Shown here in pieces: positions 30,331 to 41,550 of a stretch of DNA of 62,084 nt; position 1 is the first letter of the stretch; the number at the start of each line of letters is the position of its first letter. The notes below the pieces were generated by a model. That model saw nothing but the letters and a program-made list of their open reading frames with translations, was not told where the DNA came from and ran no database searches. Location: the sequence record SRR31156797_8083; one strand, written 5' to 3'. A program made the translations under genes and the position numbers.

Positions 30331-30362
30331 AGAGGCCGGCCCCAAAAGGGACCGGCCTCTTT
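30331..30362. terminator. Terminator-like hairpin after ilvC
   Basis: agaggccgg-cccc aaaa ggg-a-ccggcctct. Confidence 0.75.
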
Positions 30363-30382
30363 AATACATGTCGATAAATGAA

Positions 30383-31983
<1,601 letters not shown>

Positions 31984-31993
31984 GGTGTGCCTC

Positions 31994-33685
31994 CTAAACC
32001 AACAGCATCTCGGTCAGCGAAGCACCGGCCGGGACCATGGGGTAAACGTTTTCTTCTTTCTCGACACGGATGTCCACAATGACCGGCTTATCTACCTTGA
32101 AGGCTTCACGAAGAGTCGATTCGACATCTTTCTTTTCAGTCACTCGGAATCCAGCAGCACCATAGGCCTCGGCCAGCTTAACAAAATCAGGCTGTGCGTC
32201 CATACAGGTGGAACAGTAGTTCTTCTCATAAAAGAGCTCCTGCCACTGTCGAACCATACCAAGATAGCCATTATTGAGAATAATGATCTTCACGGGCAAC
32301 TTATTACATACCGCAGTCATCATCTCCTGAATACACATCTGGATGGAACCGTCACCGGCAACATCAATAACCAACTTGTCGGGGAAGGCTCGTTGTGCAC
32401 CCAAAGCTGCGGGAAAACCGTAGCCCATGGTGCCCAAACCACCCGACGTCAGCAACGTATTCGGCTGAGTGTACTTGTAAAACTGAGCAGCCCACATCTG
32501 GTTCTGCCCAACCTCGGTAGCGATTATCGCGTCGCCCTTAGTGATTTCATAAATTTTTTCAACGACATACTGTGGTTTGATAGACGCGCTATCATCATTA
32601 TATGTCAACGGGTGCTCTGCGGCCCAACCCTGAACCTTTTTCACCCAATCGCCATAACTGCCGGCCCAATCAAAATCGCTTAAGGTCGCTTCGGTCTCTT
32701 TCTTGAGCGCGGCCAACGCTGGTTTGCAGTCCGCAACCAACGGCACATGAACAGAAACATTCTTCTGAATGGACGTCGGGTCCACATCAATATGAACGAT
32801 AGTGGCGTTCGGCGCAAAGGTATCCACCTTGCCGGTCACACGGTCATCGAATCGCGCTCCGACTGCAAGCAACAGATCACAGTTGTTCACAGCCATATTG
32901 GCCGCATAGGTCCCGTGCATACCGAGCATGCCAAGGAAGAGGTCATCATCCCCCGGAAATGCTCCCAACCCCATCAGGGTCGAAGTCACCGGAATATTAA
33001 GATTCTGCCCAAGCCATGTCAGTTCTTCATGACTACCGGAAGTGATGACGCCACCGCCGGAATAAAAGAGCGGTCGTTTGGCATCCTTGAGCAGCTTAAC
33101 CACCTTGCGAATCTGGCCGACATGCGGTTTTTTCGTTGGTTTATAACTGCGCATGGACACTTCTTCTGGATAACTGAACTCGGCAATCTGCTGCTGGACA
33201 TCCTTGGGCAGATCCACCAGCACCGGCCCGGGACGACCGGTACGGGCCAAATAAAATGCCTGTTTGATGGTGGTAGCCAAATCTTCAATGTCCTGCACAA
33301 GATAATTGTGCTTGGTACACGGTCGGGTGATCCCCACGATATCCACTTCCTGGAACGCATCGTTTCCAATCAGTGCGCGGGGCACCTGACCTGTAAATAT
33401 GACCACCGGAATGGAATCAGCATATGCGGTCGCGATCCCAGTTACGGTATTGGTCGCACCGGGGCCGGAAGTAACGAGACATACCCCGACTTGTCCAGTA
33501 GCCCTGGCATAGCCGTCTGCCGCATGAATAGCACCCTGTTCATGGCGTACTAGAATATGCTCTACAGATGACTTGGGTATTTCGTCATAAATATCAATGA
33601 CGGCTCCACCAGGGAAACCGAACATGACATCAACACCTTCCATTTCCAGACACTTCAGGAGAGTCTGGGCCCCGGTCAATTTCAT
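31994..33685 (-). CDS. ilvB: Acetolactate synthase large subunit
   Basis: [42 protein letters not shown] motif. Confidence 0.96.
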   Translation of the reverse strand: MKLTGAQTLLKCLEMEGVDVMFGFPGGAVIDIYDEIPKSSVEHILVRHEQGAIHAADGYARATGQVGVCLVTSGPGATNTVTGIATAYADSIPVVIFTGQVPRALIGNDAFQEVDIVGITRPCTKHNYLVQDIEDLATTIKQAFYLARTGRPGPVLVDLPKDVQQQIAEFSYPEEVSMRSYKPTKKPHVGQIRKVVKLLKDAKRPLFYSGGGVITSGSHEELTWLGQNLNIPVTSTLMGLGAFPGDDDLFLGMLGMHGTYAANMAVNNCDLLLAVGARFDDRVTGKVDTFAPNATIVHIDVDPTSIQKNVSVHVPLVADCKPALAALKKETEATLSDFDWAGSYGDWVKKVQGWAAEHPLTYNDDSASIKPQYVVEKIYEITKGDAIIATEVGQNQMWAAQFYKYTQPNTLLTSGGLGTMGYGFPAALGAQRAFPDKLVIDVAGDGSIQMCIQEMMTAVCNKLPVKIIILNNGYLGMVRQWQELFYEKNYCSTCMDAQPDFVKLAEAYGAAGFRVTEKKDVESTLREAFKVDKPVIVDIRVEKEENVYPMVPAGASLTEMLLV

Positions 33686-33688
33686 ATC

Positions 33689-33919
33689 TTACGCCTCCGA
33701 TTTGCGATATTTATCGAGCATGCTCTGCAACTGCGTCTTGCCAGCGAGCTTCTTCTTCTTGAGTTCTTTCATTTCCTGAACTTCAGTATCAGAAAGGTAG
33801 GATTTGGATTCAAGCTTGTCCAACATCTTTTCGTACGTAGCATGTTGTTCCCACAGAGCCTTCAGTTGTGTGTCTTTGGCCCCGTGCATCTCAATGATTT
33901 CAAGGTCTTTGGCTTCCAT
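33689..33919 (-). CDS. DUF465 family small coiled-coil protein
   Basis: LWEQH..E..L, ELKKKKLAGK; AGGAG RBS. Confidence 0.75.
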   Translation of the reverse strand: MEAKDLEIIEMHGAKDTQLKALWEQHATYEKMLDKLESKSYLSDTEVQEMKELKKKKLAGKTQLQSMLDKYRKSEA

Positions 33920-33939
33920 GTTCTGCTCCTTTTTACAGG

Positions 33940-34248
33940 TTATCGCGGTGCGGGTTCCGGAAGAAGATTACTCCAATCCGGTTCCCCCGTCGGACTTATT
34001 GCCAGAAGCTTTCTCCGGTTGGTATGCCCGGATACTATCGCCACCTGACTTTTTTTCACTTTCAACAATTCAGCCACAAACTTTACAAGACTTTTATTCG
34101 CCTTGTTGTCTACAGCCGGGGCATTCAAGCGTATCTTGGCACACCCCTGATACAATCCCGACAACTCACTCTTTCGAGCTCCGGGTTGTACCCAGACGGC
34201 TATCTGCCAGCCGTCCTTATGCCGACGTACAAATTCAGGTTTGGAAAT
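33940..34248 (-). CDS. DUF167/YggU family protein; start codon non-canonical or uncertain
   Basis: Frame extends upstream of the track's TTG to give VWVQPGARKSE..KIRLNAPAVDNKAN..IVSGHTNRRK; no in-frame ATG/GTG/TTG upstream of VQPG. Confidence 0.75.
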   Translation of the reverse strand: MSKPEFVRRHKDGWQIAVWVQPGARKSELSGLYQGCAKIRLNAPAVDNKANKSLVKFVAELLKVKKSQVAIVSGHTNRRKLLAISPTGEPDWSNLLPEPAPR

Positions 34249-34263
34249 AACCCAATCCCCGTT

Positions 34264-34767
34264 TTAGTCGACTTTCTTCAAATATTTCAACTTGGATTCC
34301 AACTCTTCCACCTTATCTCGCTCGGGACTGGACATCTCAAGCATTTCAAGATGCGAGTTCAAAAGCCCTTTGAGTTGAATTTCAAACTGTGTCCGGCTTC
34401 GCTTCAAGCCTTCAATTTCCTCATGAAGTTGTGCCAAACGATTATGACCTTTCTGCACGGTCGCATCGGCCTTGGCCCGAGCTTCATCAAGAATCAATTG
34501 AGCCTCTTTGCTGGCAGCAACCTTCAGATCATCCACCATCTTCTGCGTGCTCATAAGCGTATCGCGCAATGTTTCATCACGCTGTCGATACTCCACCAAC
34601 GTCTTTTCCAATCGTTTGATTTTCTTGCGCATATCTTTCCGATTATCCGCAAAATCACCCAGGACTTCAGCCAGCTCCATCATAAACTGGTTTACCTCCA
34701 CGCGGGAATATCCAAACATTCCACGTGAAAACTGTTTGTTGAGCAAATCAATCTTGGAAACAGTCAT
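34264..34767 (-). CDS. DivIVA domain protein
   Basis: DLLNKQFSRGMFGYSRVEVNQF followed by coiled coil. Confidence 0.88.
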   Translation of the reverse strand: MTVSKIDLLNKQFSRGMFGYSRVEVNQFMMELAEVLGDFADNRKDMRKKIKRLEKTLVEYRQRDETLRDTLMSTQKMVDDLKVAASKEAQLILDEARAKADATVQKGHNRLAQLHEEIEGLKRSRTQFEIQLKGLLNSHLEMLEMSSPERDKVEELESKLKYLKKVD

Positions 34768-34789
34768 GGCAGTCCTCCTGTGTGGTCGG

Positions 34790-35107
34790 CTACATGGGTA
34801 CGCCGGTACTCATGGAGTACGCGAGGCGGTACAGATTTTCGACCACAACGATCTTGCACACCTGAATGGCAAGAATCACCACGATGGGCGAAAGATCAAA
34901 ACCACCGACAACGGCAAACGGAAGCCACCGGCGAATCTTGTAGAAGACCGGTTCCGTCACACCACGCAGAAAACGCACGATGGGATTATACGGGTCAGGA
35001 TTGACCCAGGAAAGCAATGCAGAAATGATAACGATCCAAAAATATATCGTAAGGACGGTGTTGGTAATATACGCCGTCGCTTGGACTAACGAGCCCAGAA
35101 AATCCAT
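34790..35107 (-). CDS. YggT family membrane protein
   Basis: ALLSWVNPDPYNPIVRFL..TEP..IRR, DLSPIV. Confidence 0.92.
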   Translation of the reverse strand: MDFLGSLVQATAYITNTVLTIYFWIVIISALLSWVNPDPYNPIVRFLRGVTEPVFYKIRRWLPFAVVGGFDLSPIVVILAIQVCKIVVVENLYRLAYSMSTGVPM

Positions 35108-35195
35108 ATATCCTCCAAAATCATAAGGATACCTTTGTATCCGCCATTAATACCAATGTGGTCAATTTCGCACACAGCATAGTAAGAATCAAGTC

Positions 35196-35876
35196 TTAAA
35201 ACGACTGTCCACGCCCTTTGTAGCACCTTTGCATGGCCGCCTTGATTGCCCAGAAATCATCAATGTGGACTTCAGCGGTCATATTTGTATCTTTATATGC
35301 CCAAAAACGGACTCCAGCCGCCCGGGCGGTTTTCTCATCCACGATGGAATCTCCTATGTAGGCAACTTCGTGTGGTTGAACACAATGTTCCCGCATAATT
35401 GTAAATATTCCTTCAGGATGAGGCTTTGGAACACAGACTTTATCCGAAGTCATGACCGGATAGAAAAAACCTTCAAGGTCCATCATGGTCAAAATGCCAT
35501 CCATGGTATCACCGCGACTAGTATTCACAGCCAAGCCGAAGCCTGCATCACGCAACCACCACAAAAATTCACGAATCCCATCTGATCGTTTAAGGTATTG
35601 ATGCAATGAAGAGGAATCAAAAGCCTTCACGAGCTTCCACGCTTCATCAAACAGATCTTCCGGCACGATACGGGTCACGGCCTCTTTATGAGTCCGCGTA
35701 TGTACATAATATTTCTCCTCATCTGAAAGAGGAGGCAACCCCAATTCCTTTCTAATGGTCCCATAGTAATGCATATTCGCTTCATAGGAATCTATGAGGA
35801 CCCCGTCGCAATCAAAAACAACAGTCTTGAGGCCCCCGAGTAAGTCCGAGTTCATTATCTGGTTGGCAAGCGCCAT
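35196..35876 (-). CDS. HAD-family hydrolase (phosphoglycolate phosphatase-like)
   Basis: FDCDGVLIDS, NTSR, KPHP, IGDS..D. Confidence 0.9.
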   Translation of the reverse strand: MALANQIMNSDLLGGLKTVVFDCDGVLIDSYEANMHYYGTIRKELGLPPLSDEEKYYVHTRTHKEAVTRIVPEDLFDEAWKLVKAFDSSSLHQYLKRSDGIREFLWWLRDAGFGLAVNTSRGDTMDGILTMMDLEGFFYPVMTSDKVCVPKPHPEGIFTIMREHCVQPHEVAYIGDSIVDEKTARAAGVRFWAYKDTNMTAEVHIDDFWAIKAAMQRCYKGRGQSF

Positions 35877-35891
35877 CAATATCTCCTAAAA

Positions 35892-36674
35892 TTATTTGAG
35901 AATTCCGACAGTCACACTCTTGAGCGCAGTGGGTGTACCTTCCGGCGCCCTGCGCCGTCCAGCAAACTTCCACGCTGGCAATGTTGCTGTAAGCATTCCG
36001 TCCTCATTCTCGGAAAAGTCGATGTCGAGTTCTCCCCATGCATCAAGAATTTCACTGTCGGAGCAAATCAATATCGTGTCTTCGGGGATAAAGGCAGGCA
36101 AAGCTTCAACCACTCGTTGCCACGGAAGCGGAATGGTCTGGCCATCTGATACGCCACCCGTATGACTTTGCGCATTGCCAAGATTGACAACACGCTCATT
36201 GATACGATCTTCGTCATCTACTCCCAAAGTAGTATCCATGGACTCCCAGCTCGCTTTGATCCCCTTCTCCAGTCCGGACAACTCGATCATGCGCTCTTCA
36301 AAGAACCAAGCCAGCAACAAAATAAACTGTGCCTTGGACCGAGCTTCCTTTTCTTCACGCTCCTGCTTGGAGCCTTGACCATCATCAAACTGCCGGGTGA
36401 GCTGTGCCTGAATGGACATACTCGACCCTTCATAAAAATCATCTGTGGTCACAGCTCCGAAATACGCCATCTCACCGGGGTCTTTAAATTGTTCACCAAA
36501 ATTGATGCAATCATTGATAAGAGCAGTCGCAGTCTTGGGATCAAGCGGCAACCCCTCTGGACGGAACGCGCCATCAAACGATGCTTCGTTCAATCCGGGG
36601 TCGAAAAATTTGAGTCCTTCCACCGGACTACCTGTCCATAACTCAGGGTGCAGATTGGGAAAAGAGAGCAGCAT
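35892..36674 (-). CDS. Hypothetical protein (acidic)
   Basis: 260-aa ORF in operon with AGGAGA RBS; no recognised motif. Confidence 0.7.
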   Translation of the reverse strand: MLLSFPNLHPELWTGSPVEGLKFFDPGLNEASFDGAFRPEGLPLDPKTATALINDCINFGEQFKDPGEMAYFGAVTTDDFYEGSSMSIQAQLTRQFDDGQGSKQEREEKEARSKAQFILLLAWFFEERMIELSGLEKGIKASWESMDTTLGVDDEDRINERVVNLGNAQSHTGGVSDGQTIPLPWQRVVEALPAFIPEDTILICSDSEILDAWGELDIDFSENEDGMLTATLPAWKFAGRRRAPEGTPTALKSVTVGILK

Positions 36675-36691
36675 GTGTATTCTCCTAATTT

Positions 36692-37075
36692 CTATTCTTC
36701 ATCATGTTCGGGAATTGCAATTTCGTAATGGCGACAACGACCATGGCATTTAGGCAGACCGTGTATACAAATGGCATCCAATTGGTTGCGACACCCCGGG
36801 GGTTCCACGCCGGGCTCATAGGTATACATCTGACAATGAAACACATCGCGGGCCATACGTTGGAATTGGCGATCCCACAAATCCGGCACAGCCTTCTGTT
36901 CAACACCAAAGAACTCTGCCCGAGCCAAAAAATCGTCGAATTTCGATTCCCATCTCTTAAGAACCTGACATCGCCAAGACTGTGTATACCCTGGATTGAG
37001 ACGCTCCTCGTACAGGCATCGTCCTCGGACGTAATGCATACATCCGTCACCCGGCAATCGCTTTATATCATTCAT
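36692..37075 (-). CDS. Hypothetical Cys-rich protein
   Basis: 127 aa with 8 Cys; co-oriented and closely spaced with downstream genes. Confidence 0.65.
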   Translation of the reverse strand: MNDIKRLPGDGCMHYVRGRCLYEERLNPGYTQSWRCQVLKRWESKFDDFLARAEFFGVEQKAVPDLWDRQFQRMARDVFHCQMYTYEPGVEPPGCRNQLDAICIHGLPKCHGRCRHYEIAIPEHDEE

Positions 37076-37221
37076 AGTCGCTCATTATTCATATATGGGC
37101 TGTAAAATAAAAAACACACAGTTCCCGGACTTGGATGATGTAAAACCCATACCCCTGATTGTAAAGGAGGAAGAGCCCCTTTTCTCCCTGCGGTGTCAAG
37201 GCAGGAAAAGAATCCACGTCC

Positions 37222-37250
37222 TTGACTGAGCATTTGCTCGGGTGTATAGC
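37222..37250 (+). promoter_or_regulatory. Putative sigma-70 promoter of tatA
   Basis: TTGACT-N17-TATAGC about 50 nt upstream of the ATG. Confidence 0.55.
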
Positions 37251-37299
37251 CTCAGTCAACAAATAATCACGTGGACTTTCACCAAATTGGAGGCAATAT

Positions 37300-37497
37300 A
37301 TGATCGGCGGATTCGGAGTTTGGGAACTGTTGATAATTCTCGTTATCGTCCTGGTCATCTTTGGTGCCAAGAAGTTGCCTGAAATTGGCGGTGGCATCGG
37401 TAAAGCAATCAGCAATTTCAAAAAAGCGACCAACGAACCTGACGAAATCGACGTCACCCCAAGAGAAGAAAAAGACGAAGACAAGAAAGAAAGCTAG
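37300..37497 (+). CDS. tatA: Twin-arginine translocase TatA
   Basis: [39 protein letters not shown]. Confidence 0.95.
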   Translation: MIGGFGVWELLIILVIVLVIFGAKKLPEIGGGIGKAISNFKKATNEPDEIDVTPREEKDEDKKES

Positions 37498-37525
37498 CCC
37501 ACGTCCAATCTTTCAAATGTTATTT

Positions 37526-37554
37526 AAACCCGGTTGTCATGCAACCGGGTTTTT
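37526..37554 (+). terminator. Intrinsic terminator (probably bidirectional)
   Basis: aaacccggttg tcatg caaccgggttttt. Confidence 0.85.
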
Positions 37555-37571
37555 CTTTGTGTGATCAAGAA

Positions 37572-38141
37572 TTACTGTCCGTCGGATTCTTCTGAAAAAA
37601 GCTCAAAGCCGCGACGCACATAGGCAATTCCGGATATAACCGTAACACCACCCGTCAACCAAACCATGAGTAATTGTACTAAGGAGAAGTCCAACCCAAA
37701 AGACCTTTGTATCATGACAAAAATGACCAGAAAGATTTGAGCGGCAGTGGTAAACTTGCTGATCCAGATGGGCTTAATACGACTACGCACCTCAATCCCC
37801 CAAAAATGAAGCAAAGCCAACCCTCCGACAATGATGACATCACGGCTGACAACCAACACAGCAAACCAGGAAGGAATCCACCCTTTAAGGGCTAAGCAAA
37901 GAAAAGATGTGACGAGCAGGACCTTGTCAGCAAGTGGGTCAAGCATGGCACCAAGTTGTGTACGCTGATCCCACATTCTGGCCAAAAAGCCATCGAGTGC
38001 GTCTGTCAAACCGGCAATGGCAAAAAGTATCCAGGCAAAATTGAAGTTCTCTGAAATATACGCCATGACAAAGGCCGGAGTCAGCAGAATCCGAATTATT
38101 GTCAAAATATTGGGAACAGTCCAAATGGCATCACGCGACAC
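37572..38141 (-). CDS. CDP-alcohol phosphatidyltransferase (PgsA-like)
   Basis: PNILTIIR, TDALDGFLAR..T.LGAMLDPLADK. Confidence 0.9.
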   Translation of the reverse strand: MSRDAIWTVPNILTIIRILLTPAFVMAYISENFNFAWILFAIAGLTDALDGFLARMWDQRTQLGAMLDPLADKVLLVTSFLCLALKGWIPSWFAVLVVSRDVIIVGGLALLHFWGIEVRSRIKPIWISKFTTAAQIFLVIFVMIQRSFGLDFSLVQLLMVWLTGGVTVISGIAYVRRGFELFSEESDGQ

Positions 38142-38159
38142 GACGGCATGGCCTCCCTC

Positions 38160-39053
38160 TTAGTCTCCCTGCGTCAATTGAAACGTCAAACCACGCTGAG
38201 GCAAAAACGACTGCAACAGCATGTCTAATCTATCACGGTTCAGAATATTCACATCCCAGACGGCACCTGCTCCTGTGGGTTGCATATCCATTTCCACTAA
38301 TCGCGCTTCCTGAACAGCAGAATCCCATCCTCTAAGGACACGATCAAATTCCAAAACTCCATCGGGCGAAAACCATCCTGAAATAGTAAGCAGTTGCGTT
38401 TTGGCCGGAACAGCCTTTAATTGAGACTGATTAAAATACCGGGCCCAAAGATCAACCCAAACCACAGACAAATCCTTGTTGATGCTAAGCCACTCATGAT
38501 TATCCAGAACCATACGCCCCTTATAGGCCTTTTCCTTGGTATATTCGAGAAATAAAGCTGGATACGTATTCTCTTCCAACTCCAGACCAGTCATCGTGAT
38601 AAGTCCCTGCAAGATAGCCATTTCATCAACGGTCATTTCCTGAGGCCAAATCACAGATGCCGCCAGTGGCGTTTTCACCGTCTGGAAAAGTCCCATTTTT
38701 TTCAAACCATCACGCAATGTTCGCTTGTTAATCCGCACATCCATGCGCATTTCAAGGCCTTCATCAACTTCCTTGGAAGACAAAAGTTTGTAGCCCTGAA
38801 TATACGGTTTGGCGTGCCCAACGAGATACATTTTCAAGGCTTCAGCACGCAAAGGGTCAAGATCGGGTAACACGACTCGGGCCTCGCTCAGCACCGCCAT
38901 AGCAAACCCTTCGGCCATGGCGCGCGTACGCATCTCCATTGGAGATACATTTTCTTCCGCAGCCCGAAAAACATCCACAGTTCCGGCTGCTGCCATGACA
39001 GGGAAAATCATGAGGCACATCAAAAAAGAACAAATTCTCAAAATAGTATGCAT
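38160..39053 (-). CDS. Hypothetical exported protein
   Basis: Signal peptide (..VMAAAG); in operon; no firm family. Confidence 0.7.
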   Translation of the reverse strand: MHTILRICSFLMCLMIFPVMAAAGTVDVFRAAEENVSPMEMRTRAMAEGFAMAVLSEARVVLPDLDPLRAEALKMYLVGHAKPYIQGYKLLSSKEVDEGLEMRMDVRINKRTLRDGLKKMGLFQTVKTPLAASVIWPQEMTVDEMAILQGLITMTGLELEENTYPALFLEYTKEKAYKGRMVLDNHEWLSINKDLSVVWVDLWARYFNQSQLKAVPAKTQLLTISGWFSPDGVLEFDRVLRGWDSAVQEARLVEMDMQPTGAGAVWDVNILNRDRLDMLLQSFLPQRGLTFQLTQGD

Positions 39054-39068
39054 TATCTCGACTCGCGC

Positions 39069-39974
39069 TTATTCGCTTTCGGTTTCGACAGTTTCTATGG
39101 TTTCGACAGGCGCAGCTTCGTCCACGACGATCACGACGGCACAATTCGCAACAATATTCCCAGATTTCATAATAGCACGAACTAACCGGGCCATGGATGT
39201 CTCAATGACAATATCCGTCCGCCAGGAGCCATACGCACTGACAGCTTTTACCCGCAAAGGATTATTACCCACGCGTTCTTTGAGAACGGCAATATCGGAC
39301 GTATTCGCATATGCCACAACACCCTTTTTCACAGCATTGGCTCGACTGACCAAAAAGGAACCATAAGCTCCCAGCCCTTCTGCACCATAAATAACAGGCG
39401 CCAATGCAGGCGTAATCTTCATACCCCGAGCGTCAATGATGACACCGGAATATCCGATTACTGCAGAACCGACGGCCTCAAGTTCTGTAACATCCTGCTC
39501 CATATACGTGGATAATTTAGGAGGGATACCGCTTTGAAACTGAATAGTTGTCGGCAATATCAGCTCAGCCAACTTGCCTCTGAATCGCTCAGAAACCTGA
39601 ACAGTTCCCTCGGCGTCCATCGGGGACGGTCCTTGAAAAAGGGAATTGTGGACAAGCCCCCTCACCTGACTGGAGAGCACTCGATTATCAGCGAGAGCAC
39701 TGCTAACAGTCTGCTTGGCGCTAATTCGTGTAGTTAAAACCATATCAAGCAGAAGCCGACGAGCCTTGGAAACCGCCTTGCGCACGGCCAACGGCGTATA
39801 TGGCGTCGCCTCATCGCTCCCTTTCTCAACAGACTGAACAACGAAAAGTTCGCCATTCCCCCAGGCAATGGCCCCTTCCTTTCCAAAAGGCTGCACATGC
39901 CCTTGAAAAGCATGCGCCACAGGAGAAAAGACAAACAATGACAACAAAATGGGAATAACGAAACGAAATGACAT
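39069..39974 (-). CDS. Hypothetical exported protein (LPP20-like N-terminal region)
   Basis: Signal peptide AHA; A.RKA...ARR.LL; C-terminal YSGVIIDARG..PALAP..RVGNNPL.VKA. Confidence 0.65.
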   Translation of the reverse strand: MSFRFVIPILLSLFVFSPVAHAFQGHVQPFGKEGAIAWGNGELFVVQSVEKGSDEATPYTPLAVRKAVSKARRLLLDMVLTTRISAKQTVSSALADNRVLSSQVRGLVHNSLFQGPSPMDAEGTVQVSERFRGKLAELILPTTIQFQSGIPPKLSTYMEQDVTELEAVGSAVIGYSGVIIDARGMKITPALAPVIYGAEGLGAYGSFLVSRANAVKKGVVAYANTSDIAVLKERVGNNPLRVKAVSAYGSWRTDIVIETSMARLVRAIMKSGNIVANCAVVIVVDEAAPVETIETVETESE

Positions 39975-40131
39975 GTGTATAGTGTCCTCAAGTATTCAAA
40001 ACCGCATGCGGTATGGGATATCAAAACTCCATCGGATGTATCGTGGTTGCCGCTTTTCTGCAAGCAGCTTGCCGCGCCCTGACGCGAGTGATATATTTCC
40101 AAAATACGGCAACCAAACAGTGGAGTTACGC

Positions 40132-40620
40132 ATGCTTATCCATTTAATGCAACATGGCGTCTGCCTATCCAAAGAGCTTGACCTGCATCAGCCATTAAGC
40201 CCGGTGGGTCGAGAGCAAATCGAAAAATCCGCACGAGCTGCCCAAATTCTGGGTCTACGTTTTGAACTGGTGGTTGCCAGTCCTAAGACCCGCTCTTTGG
40301 AAACAGCCAAAATAATGGCGGAGCAGACGGGGTATCCCCCCTCCAGAATTCAAGTAACCGATGTCGTCAAGGCAATGACTCCGGCAAAAAAAACTTTGGA
40401 TTACATACGAGATTACAACGGATTGAAATCTATCCTCATTGTGGGGCATCTGCCCTCGCTCGGCGCACTTGCTTCCCACATACTCACGACAAAAACACCG
40501 GTGGACATCGCCATCGAAAATGGCGGTCTCATGCAATTACAGATGAACATGAATGAAACCTGCGGCACATTGAATTGGTATCTTACGCCAGCACAACTGG
40601 TCGTTATCGGGCAGGATTAA
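40132..40620 (+). CDS. SixA-like histidine phosphatase
   Basis: LMQHG, LS..GREQ, SPKTRSLETA, LIVGHLP; GGAG RBS. Confidence 0.82.
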   Translation: MLIHLMQHGVCLSKELDLHQPLSPVGREQIEKSARAAQILGLRFELVVASPKTRSLETAKIMAEQTGYPPSRIQVTDVVKAMTPAKKTLDYIRDYNGLKSILIVGHLPSLGALASHILTTKTPVDIAIENGGLMQLQMNMNETCGTLNWYLTPAQLVVIGQD

Positions 40621-41550
40621 TCACTTGAATTCAGCCAACCACTTCTCTACGAGGTCGGCGATATCATCATTTTCTCCCGGCGCGAACCAGTGAATATCGG
40701 ATTCTTTTTTGAACCATGTGATCTGCCGTTTGGCGTAGGCCCTCGTGTTTTTGATCCACATATTCTGGACGTCACCAAGCGGAAGTTCATCTCGCAAAAA
40801 GGCCAACAACTCCGCACATCCTATGCCGGTCCATCCGGGAGCTTCGCCATTTGAACACTTCGCATAGGCTTGCGTTGCTTCATCCACCGCACCTTGCTCC
40901 AACATCATTCCGATCCGTTTGGCCAAATGCGGTGTAAGTTCATTCAAATCAATCTTCATACCAATCTTGAGGGCTTCATACGGCGCCGGAGCATGCTCGC
41001 TTTCGGTGTGCCACCATGTCATGTTTTGCCCAGTTGCCAGATAGACTTCCGTAGCACGAGCGTTACGCTGAGTATCATTCGGATGAATCTTGGCAGAATA
41101 ATCTGGATCAATCTTCGTCAATTCAGCATGTAAAACCTGCGGTCCCTCGGCCTTGATTCGATCAAGAACCTGCTGTCGAATCTCAGCCGGTATCTCAGGG
41201 ATGGGCGCAATCCCGGAAAGCAAAGATCGGAGATACATCCCTGTCCCGCCTACCAATATTGGTAAACGGTCTTGTGAACGAACCTCTTCGATCTTCTCAA
41301 CAGCCAGTGCCACAAACCGGGCAGCCGTCATTTTTTCTTCAGTCCCTAGAAAACCATATAACAAATGAGGACAGGCTGCCTGTTCCTCGGCATCGGGTTG
41401 CGCTGTAATAAGCGGGAAATCACGATACACTTGTCGGGAATCAAAATTAATGACACTGGCGTCCACACGCTTGGCAATAGCAATGGCCGCAGCGGTCTTG
41501 CCGGTCCCCGTAGGACCTAAAAGACAAACTATGGGAGGCTTTTTGCTCAT
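40621..41550 (-). CDS. miaA: tRNA dimethylallyltransferase
   Basis: GPTGTGKT, DSRQVYR, VGGTGMY, YAKRQITWF. Confidence 0.95.
   Translation of the reverse strand: MSKKPPIVCLLGPTGTGKTAAAIAIAKRVDASVINFDSRQVYRDFPLITAQPDAEEQAACPHLLYGFLGTEEKMTAARFVALAVEKIEEVRSQDRLPILVGGTGMYLRSLLSGIAPIPEIPAEIRQQVLDRIKAEGPQVLHAELTKIDPDYSAKIHPNDTQRNARATEVYLATGQNMTWWHTESEHAPAPYEALKIGMKIDLNELTPHLAKRIGMMLEQGAVDEATQAYAKCSNGEAPGWTGIGCAELLAFLRDELPLGDVQNMWIKNTRAYAKRQITWFKKESDIHWFAPGENDDIADLVEKWLAEFK

Noticed and set aside
37180-37280. Possible 6S RNA (ccctgcggtgt start plus long imperfect hairpin)
   Set aside because: Too short, no 3' strand closing a terminal stem, and not in the usual zapA/ygfA context.
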